Shown here: positions 1 to 11,876 of the stretch, one piece after another
Layout: each line of letters starts with the position of its first letter
Position numbering within the stretch: position 1 is the stretch's first letter
Made by a program: the position numbers and the translations under genes
Assembly (NCBI GenBank): GCA_963827655.1
Contig: CAWHCF010000008.1
Location: 64,001-128,000 of the forward strand
Direction: 5' to 3'
DNA from: an uncultured Acidobacteriota bacterium
GTDB lineage: Bacteria > Acidobacteriota > UBA6911
Length of the DNA: 64,000 nucleotides
Notes under the pieces: model-generated
The model's database searches: none
What the model was told of the DNA's origin: nothing
The model's input: the letters and a program-made list of their open reading frames with translations, nothing else

Positions 1-1122
1 CGCCAATAATGACGGAGCGCTGTTGAATGACCGAGTGGATAGCGGCAGTGAGGCGAACATCCATGACGATGAACGCGGGCAATACGGCCCCGGTCGCCAA
101 TCCTGGAGCGATCGCTCTGGGTTCGCCTACGAACTCTACGCAGTTCCTGGTCTGGCTCGAGGGTATACCGACGAGCGTGTCGGGGGTAACGTGGCCTACA
201 GCGGTGGGCGTGCTGCCTGCGTCGAGTACTCCGAATGCGCAGCTGGTATTCCAGAGCAGCGGCTTCACGGCTTCGGCGGGAATCGCATTCGCCTATTACT
301 CGTATGAAGCCATCAATCAGACCGGAGTCAGTGATATCAATCTGGAGGCATTCACCTTCGGGGCGAATGTGGCGGCGAGTTCGCCGATGGCGGCGTTGTA
401 CTACACGCCGATAATCGTCGTGCTGAAGCCGAATCAGAATGTGGGCGGTAGTATTCTCGCTGCAGTCGCGCTGGGGCCGGATGTCTCGGAGGCGAGCGGC
501 TGCGGCCAGCCGGGAACCTCACTGCCTGCCAATGCGCGTCCGCGATTCCTGCAGATGTACGAATCCGACTCGATAGCGACGAACAATCCGCCATCGGATC
601 CGCATCGTGCCTTTTCGACCGTGGTTCGTTGCAACTGCTACCTGCTGTTCACCTATGTGACGGCGACGTCCACATTCAATACAGGCATCGTGGTGGCCAA
701 TACGACCGGAGACACGGAGGTATTCGGCATCAACGACGCACCGGACCAGTTAGGCAACATAACGTTCTACTTCTATGATCGGGCAGCGGGTTTTGTCGGT
801 TCTACGGCGACGACTGCAGCGATCAATATGGGTAGAAGCTACGTTGACCTGATCTCGGGCATACTGCCCACAGGTGTAACCAGCTTCAGCGGCTACGTCA
901 TAGCCAAGGCAGAGTTCCAGTTCTGCCACGGATTTGCGTTCATAGCAGATTCGGCGTTCGGCTCCATAGCCCACGGGTACCTGGCTAACGTGATTCCCGA
1001 TCCGGCCATCAAGGGAGAGTTCGTCACGGTGGGTACCGGCTTCGGTTAGGAGGAGAACGGCGGCGGATGCCGGCGACAATGGAAGCCCGCTCACGCCAGC
1101 GGGTGAAGGGTTGAACAACTAG
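1..1122 (+). CDS. Putative surface-layer/secreted protein, 3' part (Solibacter/Bryobacter-type family); 5' end outside the window; probable indel near 1045
   Basis: ORF 27..1049 is Ala/Thr/Ser/Gly-rich with motifs C.YLLFTYVT..FNTGIVVANT and GYVIA..F...HGFAFI.D...GYLA.VIPD. After a one-base shift it continues ...GSPLTPAGEGLNN-TAG(1120-1122), directly before a terminator. The S-layer role is inference. Confidence 0.6.
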
Positions 1123-1144
1123 TACAACCCGGTTTCATCAGGCT

Positions 1145-1184
1145 TGGGGTAGTCTCGCGTCTGCGGGACTACCCCATTTTTTTT
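1145..1184 (+). terminator. Rho-independent terminator
   Basis: TGGGGTAGTC..GACTACCCCA stem followed by a T run. Confidence 0.85.
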
Positions 1185-1280
1185 CGCTTCGCGTTCCTTG
1201 GGTTCCTTGCGTCTTGCGCTATGCGCAAGCGCACGGCCCCTCTATCCCGATTCGTCTCTTTTCTGTTAATATCGCTACTT

Positions 1281-2003
1281 GTGTATAAAGATCGCCGCAT
1301 AACCATCGTCATCCCCTGCCTTAACGAAGAAAAGGGAATTGTCGAAGTTCTTTCGGGAATGCCTTCCTTTGTGGATGAGGTTCTGGTCGTTGACAACGAC
1401 TCGACCGACCGGACCGCAGAGCTGGCAGGCAGCCTCGGGGCCCGCGTGATCCACGAGAAAATTCGTGGTTACGGCCGCGCTTACAAAACCGGCTTGTTTC
1501 AGGCGCAGGGTGACATCATCGTAACCCTCGATGGGGACCACTCCTATCCCGTGGACGCCATTTCGTACCTGCTCGAAGTGTTTCTGCGGTCGAAGGTACG
1601 ATTTCTTTCGGCTTCCCGGTTTCCACTAAAGAACCGGCGCGCCATGTCACTCAAACACTGGTTTGGGAACAAGCTTTTGAGTGTGGCGATGTCTCTGCTT
1701 TATCTGCGCTGGGTCAGGGATTCCCAGTCGGGAATGTGGGTTTTTGAGCGGGAGAGCTTGCTGCAAATGAATCTCGTCAGCGACGGGATGGCTTTCAGCG
1801 AAGAAATAAAGATTGAGGCGATTCGAAACCCGCAAATCGGCTTCAAGGAAATCTACATCGACTACTCCAACAGGCTGGGCGAAATCAAGCTGCAGCCCTG
1901 GAAGGACGGCCTGCGCAATCTCCTGTTTCTGATCAAGAAGCGTTTTACGTGGCGGCGGCGCCCAGCCGCCTTGGCGTCTTTGTCCAAGGAATCGGAAACC
2001 TAA
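1281..2003 (+). CDS. GT2 glycosyltransferase, polyprenol-phosphate (DPM synthase-like)
   Basis: IVIPCLNEE, VVDNDSTD, GYGRA, TLDGDHSY, DSQSGM motifs; likely GTG start at 1281. Confidence 0.9.
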   Translation: MYKDRRITIVIPCLNEEKGIVEVLSGMPSFVDEVLVVDNDSTDRTAELAGSLGARVIHEKIRGYGRAYKTGLFQAQGDIIVTLDGDHSYPVDAISYLLEVFLRSKVRFLSASRFPLKNRRAMSLKHWFGNKLLSVAMSLLYLRWVRDSQSGMWVFERESLLQMNLVSDGMAFSEEIKIEAIRNPQIGFKEIYIDYSNRLGEIKLQPWKDGLRNLLFLIKKRFTWRRRPAALASLSKESET

Positions 2004-2081
2004 CAAGGCTGAGCGATGGCGGATTTCACCGATGGCGGATTTGAGGTGCCATCGCAGCTTGATAACCTTAATGGTTAATGA

Positions 2082-2963
2082 ATGACGTCGGATTCTACAA
2101 CAGTCGTGGTCTTGCCTGCGTATAACGCGGCCAGGACGCTGGAGAAGACCTACGCGGACATCCCGAAGGAAAAAGTCTCGAAAATCATTCTGGTCGATGA
2201 CGTAAGCCAGGACCAGACTGTGGAGGTTGCGCGCTCCCTGGGACTCAAGACCATTATTCATGTGCAAAACCGGGGATATGGAGGAAACCAAAAAACCTGT
2301 TATCTGGAGGCTCTCAAGGAAGGCGCCCAGGTCGTGGTCATGTTGCATCCGGATCATCAATACGACTCGCGTCTGGTGCCGGACCTGGTTCAACCCATCC
2401 TGGAGGGAAGGGCGGATATGGTGATGGGTTCCAGGATCCTGAACGGACAAGCTCTTTCAGGCGGAATGCCGCGGTGGAAATATGTCGCAAACCGGTTTCT
2501 CACGACGGTGGAGAATTTCGTCTTCGGGACGCGGCTTACCGACTGCCACAGCGGCTTTCGAGCGTTCAGTCGCAAGCTGCTCACCACGGTTCCGTTTCTG
2601 CTCAACTCTGACGATTTTGTGTTCGATTCACAAATGATTGCCCAGGCCGCCTACATGAAGTTCAAAATAGCCGAGATTCCGGTTCAGGCACGTTATTTTC
2701 CGGAAGCGTCAAGCGTCAATTTTCGCGTGAGCACGATTTACGGTTTGAAGACGCTCTGGCTCGTGCTCAAGTTCTCGCTGCAATCGCTGCGCTTGGCGCG
2801 CTTTGGAATTTTCGACAAGACTCTTCCCGAAATTGTAAGCAAATATTATCACGAAGCCATTTTCTCGGGCGCTGGCGGCCGCGGATCCGGGGCCAGAGAG
2901 CAAGCGCTGGTAGCAGAACCCGGAGGCCATGGGCCAGAGCGAGCCGGAGGGTTGACCTCGTGA
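2082..2963 (+). CDS. GT2 glycosyltransferase, DPM synthase-like
   Basis: VVLPAYNAA, LVDDVSQD, NRGYGGNQKT, HPDHQY, DCHSGFRAF. Confidence 0.9.
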   Translation: MTSDSTTVVVLPAYNAARTLEKTYADIPKEKVSKIILVDDVSQDQTVEVARSLGLKTIIHVQNRGYGGNQKTCYLEALKEGAQVVVMLHPDHQYDSRLVPDLVQPILEGRADMVMGSRILNGQALSGGMPRWKYVANRFLTTVENFVFGTRLTDCHSGFRAFSRKLLTTVPFLLNSDDFVFDSQMIAQAAYMKFKIAEIPVQARYFPEASSVNFRVSTIYGLKTLWLVLKFSLQSLRLARFGIFDKTLPEIVSKYYHEAIFSGAGGRGSGAREQALVAEPGGHGPERAGGLTS

Positions 2964-3088
2964 TTTTCTCGCGCCTGACCTCTTCGGGTTAAGCCAGGAC
3001 ATATGCCACCTTCAAGGCGAGAGATCGCCGGAACTCGGCTCACGCTTCCAGACCTCACCACACTGTCTCCCGATTCCCGGCCCCGTAG

Positions 3089-4117
3089 ATGAGTGCTAGA
3101 CCGGGCCTCATTTCAATCATCATCGTAAACTGGAATGGGATGTCGTATCTTCCCGAGTGTATTGAGTCCTCGCGCCGGCAAGAGTATTCGAACAAGGAAT
3201 TAGTAATCGTGGACAACGGTTCCACGGATGGATCGCTGGAATGGCTTCGAACCCATGGTGCCGGAATTGATTCTCTCGTAGAGTTGGATCGCAATACCGG
3301 CTTTGCAGGCGGAGTAAACGCCGGTATTCGGGCTTCGCAAGGGGAATTCATTGCGCTCTTGAACAACGACGCTGTTCCCGCAGGCGATTGGCTGTCCGAA
3401 CTCGCGAGGCCAGTACGGGAAGAATCAGTCGGAATGGTGGCGTCGAAAATTCTGTTCTACGATCGGCGCCAGGTCATCGACAAGGTAGGGCATCTCCTCT
3501 ACCCTGATGGACTGAATCGCGGCCGCGGTGCAGGGGAACTCGACGCGGGCCAGTTCGACTGCGAAGAAGAGGTATTCTTCCCCGACGGCTGCGCTGCCCT
3601 CTATCGCAGAACGATGCTCGAAGACGTGGGGCTCTTCGACGAACAGTTCTTTGCCTACGGTGATGATGCTGACCTGGGTCTGAGAGCGCGCTGGCGGGGC
3701 TGGAAATGCAGTTACGCTCCTCGCGCGATCGTGTACCACAGGCATTCGAGCACGCTGGGAAAATACTCGCCGACGAAAGCCTTTCTGGTTGAGCGCAATA
3801 GATTGTGGGTAGCTGCCAAGCTGTTTCCATTGCCGCTGCTTCTGGTAACGCCCGCTTTCACTCTCTGGCGTTTTCTATGGCACCTGTCGAGTGTTTTTTT
3901 GTCACGTGGTTTAGCCGGAGGCGTTACCCGCGAACACAGCAGGTGGAGTCTTTTTCTGGCGCTCCTGCGAGCCTATTTCTCCGGGGTCAAAGGGCTGGGA
4001 AGCATTCTCCGAAAGCGACGCGATGTTTTTCGCAACAAGAGACTGAGCAATCGTGAGTTCTATGCGCTGGTCCGGAAGTATCGAATCTCGGCGCGGGAAC
4101 TGGCTCTCAAGGATTGA
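3089..4117 (+). CDS. GT2 glycosyltransferase (WbbL/rhamnosyltransferase-like)
   Basis: IIIVNWNG, IVDNGSTDGS, NTGFAGGVN, LLNNDA, FFAYGDDADL. Confidence 0.9.
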   Translation: MSARPGLISIIIVNWNGMSYLPECIESSRRQEYSNKELVIVDNGSTDGSLEWLRTHGAGIDSLVELDRNTGFAGGVNAGIRASQGEFIALLNNDAVPAGDWLSELARPVREESVGMVASKILFYDRRQVIDKVGHLLYPDGLNRGRGAGELDAGQFDCEEEVFFPDGCAALYRRTMLEDVGLFDEQFFAYGDDADLGLRARWRGWKCSYAPRAIVYHRHSSTLGKYSPTKAFLVERNRLWVAAKLFPLPLLLVTPAFTLWRFLWHLSSVFLSRGLAGGVTREHSRWSLFLALLRAYFSGVKGLGSILRKRRDVFRNKRLSNREFYALVRKYRISARELALKD

Positions 4118-4231
4118 CGATTGACGATTGACGATTGACGATTTGACATGCTTCGTTATTCTTCGTGTCTCAGAGTCTTCGGGACGAGCATATTCGTTAA
4201 TCGTCAATCGTCAATCGTCAATCGTCAATCG
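4112..4231. repeat. Heptamer tandem repeat (GATTGAC)x4-5 with its inverted complement (GTCAATC)x4-5
   Basis: Read directly at 4112-4147 and 4196-4230; the upstream TGA stop lies within the first unit. Confidence 0.95.
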
Positions 4232-4280
4232 AAGACATTCGACTATAGCTACCTTGTTCTTGCTGTCCCTTTTGCTTTGG

Positions 4281-5842
4281 ATGGTGCATGCGCTCTGGCT
4301 GGCTCGAGACTCGCGCCCCCCGGTTTGGGATATGGCGATGCACCAGAGCTACGCGCTGAATTACTGGCCGGGCGGATACTCTCAGGCGTCTCCGTGGCAC
4401 TGGTCCGGCAACTACCCCCCTTTTGTCCATCTGGTCATTGCGCTGTGCTATCTGGTTTTTCATCCTGGACCGCATGTGGCGGTTCTCGCGAATTTCCCGG
4501 CCACGCTTCTTCTGCTCTGGGGAGTATACGAACTTGCCTCGGAGTTCGCCGGTCGGGAAGCGGCCCGGTGGGCCTGTTTTTTGACGGCGCTCACGCCCTA
4601 CCTGATATGGATGTCGCGGGAGACAATCCTCGATTACTGGCTGTCCGCCTGGGTGGTAGCGAGTCTGGTGGCGCTGAGACGTACTCGCGGATTTCGCGAA
4701 CGGCGGCCCAGCCTCGTACTCGGTCTCGCGCTTGCTCTCGGTCTCTTGACCAAATGGCTCTTTGTTGGCTTTCTGGTTTTCCCCATCATCTACGTTTGCA
4801 TTCGGGAGCGGGTCTGGAGATATTCCACGCGCATGATCAATGTGGCCGACACTCTCCTGGTGGCTGCTGTGCTGGCCGGTATCTGGTATCTTCCAAACTT
4901 GCCGAAGCTGGTTTCCTATTTTCCGGAGAACGCCGCGATCGGCGCCCGGGAAGGCGAGCCGCCGGTTCTCTCCTTTCAGTCGCTGATCTATTACCTTCGC
5001 CTCCTCGAAGGTTATCAGCTCTTCGCTCCCCTTTTCCTGTTGTTGTTGATTTCGTCGATTCGTGGTTTGGAAAAAGGGACTGCTGCAAGACGCGAAATTC
5101 CTGGTGATCGCGATCGCAGGGGCGTGGCTGGCAATGACACTGCTGCGCACCAAAGATCCGCGATTCACGATGCCGCTCCTTGGGCTACTGGCTATTTTAC
5201 CGGCTGCCTGGCTTCAGTCGTGGAGTCGAGCATGGATTTCGCGGACGGCGAAGGTCGCCCTGGTTGCGTTCCTCTTTTTCCAGGGATATCTGATAAATTT
5301 TGGCGTGTCGTGGCTTCCGTCCGAGATCATCCTTGTTCGGGGATATCAAGGGTCGCTTCGCTGGGACTGGAATCTTTACCTCCAGCACTACTTCCACATC
5401 CTGGGCGCTCCGTTGAAGAGAAGACTGGAAGCAGGCGGAAATCATACGCACTTTGGAGAGAGATTCGGCGCGCAGCGGGTTGAGGCGCAGTCTGGCGCTG
5501 GTTCCGGATCTGCCGAGGTTCAACGCGGCCAACTTCCATCTCTACAGCCGTCTGCTGGGGACTCCGCTGCGAGTGGATCATCCTCAAGCCGCCGCCGGCG
5601 TCCGTTCATTCGATGGATTTGACTACGTGCTCATGACCGAAGGAGACCAGGGCATGCCCTGGACAACCCTCGCCAGCCGGTCCCTGAACCAGATCGTCGT
5701 GGATGCGCCGCAAGTGTTTCGGCTGGTCGAGATTTTTCTGCTTCCCAGCGGGGATTCGGTCCGGCTCTATTCAGTGCATCGTGGCGAAGCCGGCCGGCCT
5801 GTACCAATTGACGATTTACGATTTACGATTGACGACCGTTGA
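4281..5842 (+). CDS. GT-C fold membrane glycosyltransferase (ArnT/PMT_2, GT39/83-like); two apparent frameshifts; start uncertain
   Basis: Multi-TM, RPPVWD, NYPPFVH, GLLTKW, KDPRFTMP. Pieces are ORFs 4128-5483, 5062-5622 and 5453-5842. Confidence 0.8.
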
Positions 5843-5912
5843 GTTAACCATACGGACATTGAACTTGACGATTAGACAATCGTCAATCGTCAATCGTATC
5901 AATCGTAAATCG
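5806..5912. repeat. Second copy of the GATTGAC heptamer tandem/inverted element (degenerate)
   Basis: aattgac-gatttac-gatttac-gattgac ... caatcgt-caatcgt-caatcgt..aatcgtaaatcg. Confidence 0.85.
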
Positions 5913-5915
5913 AAT

Positions 5916-8050
5916 ATGCGGCCGTTTACTCAAAACCCGACGTTGAAGCGCTCACAAGTCCGCCAGCACCTGGCTATCCTGGTGGTCACGGTCATTGCCT
6001 CGGCTATTCCGTTTCTGGACCAGCCCTTTCACATGGATGACAACTTCTACCTGGACATGGCCCGAAACGCCCGCGCGAAGCCGCTTTACCCCAACGATAC
6101 TCCGTACGTGTTCGAAGGGCGCTGGCTTCCCGACATGGGATCGCATTCCCACCCGCCGCTTCAGACTTATTTTCTGGCACTTCTGCAGGTCTTGTGGGGC
6201 GAGGGTTTGGGAAAGGAGAGACTGTATCATCTCAGCGCCCTTGTGTATCCGATTGCCGCCGTAGTCGCGATGTATTTCCTTTCGGCTCATTTTGTCGAGC
6301 GACCGCTCTGGCCCTCATTGGTCTTGGCGGTCTCCCCGGTGTTTATGGTCATGCAGCACAATCTGATGACCGACCTGCCCACGCTCTCTTTTTGGCTCGT
6401 CGCCACCGCAAGCTATCTCTGGGGAATCAGCCTGGGGTGGCGCAGCCTTCAGGCGCTGAGCTCCCTCTCATTGTTCGGAGCGATGTTCACGAGCTACCAG
6501 GCGGCCGCGCTTGTCCCTCTTCTGGCGTTTTATCAGGTTCGTAAGGGAAAGGGGAACGGCGGCTGGGTTGCTCTCCTGGTTCCACTGGCCGGCATGGGAG
6601 CATGGCTGGGACTCAACTATTTGCATTATCATCGCCTGCTGCTGGTGGATACGATCGGATACATTCAGTCTCGCAACGCAAGCGTGCTGCCGGCCCTGGG
6701 CAACAAGCTTCTCGGAATTCTGGAATATCAGGGATGGCTGGTGCTCTTCCCCTTCTTTCTGGTCTATGTTCTGGGCCGCGGCGCCAGGGGCCGTTTGCTG
6801 GGTTTAGCAACCCTCGCGGCGCTCTACCTGTCGCAGATGGTCGTGCCCCACTATCGACTGGTTGACAAAATCAATTTCATCATAGGCCTGGTCGCGGGTG
6901 GGTTCATCGTCGGTCGGATGATCAGCCTGTGCCTCGACGTCTTTTCACGCAAGGCCATTCACTCCGGGTTTGCGCGCGTGGAGGGGCAGTTTCTCGCCCT
7001 ATGGTATTTCGGCGTTTTTGGCTATTGCCTGTTCCTATTTACCGAAGGCTCGGCACGATACGTCCTTCCTCTGGTTCCGGCGGTGCTTTTGTACTTCTTT
7101 CGACATCTCGAGATAAGGGAGATTTCAGAGTACCGCTTGGAACGCCGACCATTCCTGAGTTCTGCAATGATTGCGAGCGGTTCCCTCGTTCTTACGCTTG
7201 CGTGGGGTTTGGCGTTGTCTCATTCGGACCTGGAATTTGCTCGAGTCTACACCCGCGCGGCGGCCGAGATTTCTCGGGCTGTGCCGAAGTTGGATCAGTA
7301 CTACGCAGGAGAGTGGGGATTTCGATACTATTTCCAGCAGGCGGGGATGCGGCAGCTACCCCCGGATGAAACTCTGGTTCGCGGGGGCGCCTTGCTTGTT
7401 TCTCCCACGCTCGCCCTTCCATATGATGTGCCTGCCGGCCTTCTTTCTATGACCATGCCCTTTCAGAGTTTTTCCTATCCGGTAGGTACGCCTCTGCGAA
7501 CCCTGGCGCAGGAAAGCCCGGCTGCATTCTACAGTACGCACTGGGGTTTGCTTCCCTTTTCGATGTCACGGGCGAATGTTGAGTTTATCGAGGTCCGCCA
7601 GGTGAATTACATGATTGAGCAACTCCCCCTGGCAAAGATCGAAACCACGTCGTCTGAAAGACCCTGGCCCGGATATCTCAGGCTTCAGGGAGAGAGCCCG
7701 CTAGCGATGCTGGCAAGACCGGATACGGATATTCGTCTATGTCTGGAACCTGGAGGAGTCGTTGCGCCTTGATCTGCGAGTCGGGATCAGCCCGGAGTCG
7801 TACCGTGAGGGTCAGGAGTCGCCCTGCGAGTTCGAAATCCGCCAGTGTGATGCAAACGGCGCGGTATTGACGCAGCTATCGCAAAATGCTCGATCCCGGC
7901 CTGCGCAAGGAAGACCGAGTCTGGCAGCCTGTCAGAATTGAACTGCGAAGCAGGCGCGAAGGGGCTGAAACTCTGGAATTTCGTTATTCTTCGAAAATTA
8001 AGGCGGGCACGATCGCCTTCGCAGGATGCTATCTGCGAAAGGTGGAGTAG
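5916..8050 (+). CDS. GT-C fold membrane glycosyltransferase (PMT_2-like) with C-terminal extracellular domain; frameshifts near 7740-7890
   Basis: PFHMDDNFY, SHPPL, MTDLP, ARYVLPLVP and many TM segments; the last frame ends ...LRKVE-TAG at 8050. Confidence 0.75.
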
Positions 8051-8234
8051 GTCCGAGGCCTTGTTTGCATCGTATGGTCCTTGGCGTTGCTGGGTGTCTT
8101 AGCCAGTCATGGTTCTTGGACTGCCGGCCCACTGACCAAGACCCGAAGACACCGAAACGCGAAGCATCTGAACGTGCAAGGCAATAAATAGTTGAAATGG
8201 CTGGCTCTACACTGGCCCGAGCGGTTTTTTTTGT

Positions 8235-8263
8235 TTGCACGGCAAAATTGAACGTGCTAGACT
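8235..8263 (+). promoter_or_regulatory. Sigma70-type promoter for the tRNA-tuf operon
   Basis: TTGCAC-17 nt-TAGACT with extended -10 TG, 15 nt before tRNA-Thr. Confidence 0.7.
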
Positions 8264-8278
8264 CAGTTCCTTTGTCAC

Positions 8279-8354
8279 GCTGGCGTAGCTCAGTTGGTAG
8301 AGCAGCTGATTTGTAATCAGCGGGTCGGGGGTTCAAGTCCCTTCGCCAGCTCCA
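8279..8354 (+). tRNA. tRNA-Thr(TGT)
   Basis: GCTGGCG/CGCCAGC acceptor stem, anticodon TGT, TTCAA loop, CCA end. Confidence 0.97.
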
Positions 8355-8576
8355 GACGGTGGCGGGAACTAGGGTTTCGCGGCGGCGGGAATGGCATCCA
8401 GAGAATCCAATCTGCGGCGGATTGGGTTGGAGCGGCGTTTTTAGCAGTATCCGCACTTGTATCAAAATCGACCGGATATATTTTTCATGTCCGGCTCACC
8501 TTTTCAGCTCCCTGCACTTTCTTCTGGTCGGAGGCCGGAGGTCAGCCCGAAACTGTCGCGTAGGTTGGAGATCTTA

Positions 8577-8664
8577 GGAGAGGTGGTCGAGCGGTTAATG
8601 GCACTGGGCTGTAAACCCAGCGTCCTTCGGGACTACGAAGGTTCGAATCCTTCCCTCTCCACCA
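8577..8664 (+). tRNA. tRNA-Tyr(GTA)
   Basis: Anticodon GTA, long variable arm, GTTCGAATCC, CCA end. Confidence 0.97.
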
Positions 8665-8680
8665 GGTTCAACTTTAGCGG

Positions 8681-8756
8681 GCGGGAGTAACTCAGTTGGT
8701 AGAGTCATAGCCTTCCAAGCTATTGGTCGCGGGTTCGAGTCCCGTCTCCCGCTCCA
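8681..8756 (+). tRNA. tRNA-Gly(TCC)
   Basis: GCGGGAG/CTCCCGC acceptor stem, anticodon TCC, CCA end. Confidence 0.97.
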
Positions 8757-8856
8757 TGAAAGGAAGTGACCGGTGACAAGTGGCAGGTGAGTGGCGACCT
8801 TGCTGGCTTGCTTGTCGCTCTTTTCGCCGTTTGGGATGAAGCTGTCGTTATGGATT

Positions 8857-8932
<76 letters not shown>

Positions 8933-9072
8933 GAGACTGAATGAAAGAGCGTAAGCGATAACCAAGAAGGCTCGAGGAGAGCCGCGTTGGAAGGGATCGA
9001 CGGGTAGCGGGCGACTAGCGAGCGAACGCAGGTTCCGACCTTGGCGCTGGTTATGCTCACTGGAGAAAAAGT

Positions 9073-10260
<1,188 letters not shown>

Positions 10261-10271
10261 CGAGACGAACG

Positions 10272-10421
10272 ATGAGAGACATCATTACTTTCGAATGTAC
10301 CAAGTGCAAGAACCGGAACTACACATCAACGAAGAACAAGAAGACCACCACGGAGCGCCTGGAGTTGAAGAAATTCTGTCGAACATGCCGGAGCCACACG
10401 CCGCACAAGGAGACTCGTTGA
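10272..10421 (+). CDS. rpmG: 50S ribosomal protein L33 (Zn-binding type)
   Basis: [49 protein letters not shown], translated by hand (below the ORF-track cutoff). Confidence 0.95.
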   Translation: MRDIITFECTKCKNRNYTSTKNKKTTTERLELKKFCRTCRSHTPHKETR

Positions 10422-10433
10422 ATGAAGAATTGC

Positions 10434-10510
10434 AGGCCAGTAGCTCGAATTGGTAGAGCGGCGGTCTCCAAAACCGCATGTTGGGGGTTCGAGTCCCTCC
10501 TGGCCTGCCA
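10434..10510 (+). tRNA. tRNA-Trp(CCA)
   Basis: AGGCCAG/CTGGCCT acceptor stem, anticodon CCA, canonical position before secE. Confidence 0.96.
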
Positions 10511-10573
10511 ACTCCTGCGCGTAGCCGGGCATCTTCAGAGAGAGTCAGCCATTGAGGCAGAGTGACAGGACCG

Positions 10574-10801
10574 ATGAAAGATTTCTTTCTCAAGATTAAA
10601 GACAGGTTTCGCCGATCCATCGAGTTCATCCGCGACGTTCGGAAAGAGCTGAACATGGTTTCCTGGCCTTCTCGGACGGAACTGACGGGGACTACGATTG
10701 TCGTCATCATGGCCGTGTTTCTGTTCGGATTTTTCCTCTACCTGGTAGACATGGGGGTCGGCGCCGGCATGAATTACCTCTTCTCCCGCGCGGGACGCTA
10801 A
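10574..10801 (+). CDS. secE: Preprotein translocase SecE
   Basis: ELNMVSWPSR motif, one TM, synteny. Confidence 0.95.
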   Translation: MKDFFLKIKDRFRRSIEFIRDVRKELNMVSWPSRTELTGTTIVVIMAVFLFGFFLYLVDMGVGAGMNYLFSRAGR

Positions 10802-10802
10802 T

Positions 10803-11354
10803 ATGGAAAAAGAGACTATGGAGCGGGAAAAGAAGTGGTACATCATCCACACCTATTCGGGATACGAGCGAAAGGTTGCGGAAAGCCTGATGAATCGTAT
10901 CCAGGCTTATGACCTGGGCGAATGCATAGGTCAGATCCTCATACCCACCGAGGATGTGGTGGAGATGAAAAGCGGCAAGAAGATTGTCACGACCAAGCTG
11001 ACTTTTCCCGGCTATATCCTGGTGGAAATGGATATGACCGACAAGGCGTGGCATGTCGTGCGCGGAACTCCCAAAGTCACCGGGTTCATAAGCACAGGCA
11101 AGAAACCCACGCCACTGACAGAGCAAGAAATCAACGAGGTCGTAAACCGCGTTTCGCTGACGTCCGAGCAGCCCAAGCCGAAGTTCACATTCGATCGTGG
11201 AGATTCGGTAAAGATCATCGATGGTCCGTTCAAGGACTTTACCGGAGTGGTCGATGATGTCAATCCGGATCGGAGCACGCTCAAGGTCATGTTAACCATT
11301 CTTGGGCGCGCCACTCCCGTGGAATTGGAGTCGGAGCAGGTAGAGAAGGTGTAA
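10803..11354 (+). CDS. nusG: Transcription factor NusG
   Basis: WYIIHTYSGYE, FPGYILVEM, KOW motif IDGPFKDF. Confidence 0.98.
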   Translation: MEKETMEREKKWYIIHTYSGYERKVAESLMNRIQAYDLGECIGQILIPTEDVVEMKSGKKIVTTKLTFPGYILVEMDMTDKAWHVVRGTPKVTGFISTGKKPTPLTEQEINEVVNRVSLTSEQPKPKFTFDRGDSVKIIDGPFKDFTGVVDDVNPDRSTLKVMLTILGRATPVELESEQVEKV

Positions 11355-11417
11355 CCAGGAAGTTCACAACTGATGGCGCCCTATCGGCTCGTCAGTTGTC
11401 GCAGACGGAGTGGTTAA

Positions 11418-11843
11418 ATGGCCAAGAAAATTGTTGCCAACGTCAAGTTGCAGGTGCCTGCCGGTAAAGCGACGCCGGCTCCTCCGGTCGGTTCGGCATT
11501 GGGACCGCATGGGTTGAACATCATGGATTTCTGCAAGGCGTTTAATGCCAAGACCGCCAAGCAGGAAGGCCTGATCATCCCGGTAGTGGTTACCGTTTAC
11601 AGCGATCGCACGTATAGCTTTATTACCAAGACTCCTCCGGCCGCGGTCCTGCTGAAGAAAGCCGCAAATATTGCCAAGGGGTCGGCGGAACCGAACAAGA
11701 CGAAAATCGGTAAGGTCACGATGAAGCAAGTGCGCGAGATTGCCCAGACAAAGGTTCCGGACTTGAATGCGGCCGACCTGGACGCCGCGGTACGGATCAT
11801 CCTCGGAACCGCTCGCAGCATGGGCCTCGAGGTTGAAGGATGA
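11418..11843 (+). CDS. rplK: 50S ribosomal protein L11
   Basis: [25 protein letters not shown]. Confidence 0.99.
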   Translation: MAKKIVANVKLQVPAGKATPAPPVGSALGPHGLNIMDFCKAFNAKTAKQEGLIIPVVVTVYSDRTYSFITKTPPAAVLLKKAANIAKGSAEPNKTKIGKVTMKQVREIAQTKVPDLNAADLDAAVRIILGTARSMGLEVEG

Positions 11844-11876
11844 AGCAGCCAGTCGGTGTGAGGAATGAGGTGCGAA

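Noticed and set aside
2014-2042. 13-bp direct repeat CGATGGCGGATTT x2 as an operator
   Set aside because: It occurs once inside an operon spacer with no supporting regulator or promoter.
4112-5912. Heptamer arrays as CRISPR
   Set aside because: They are 7-bp tandem units with no unique spacers, and no cas genes are present.
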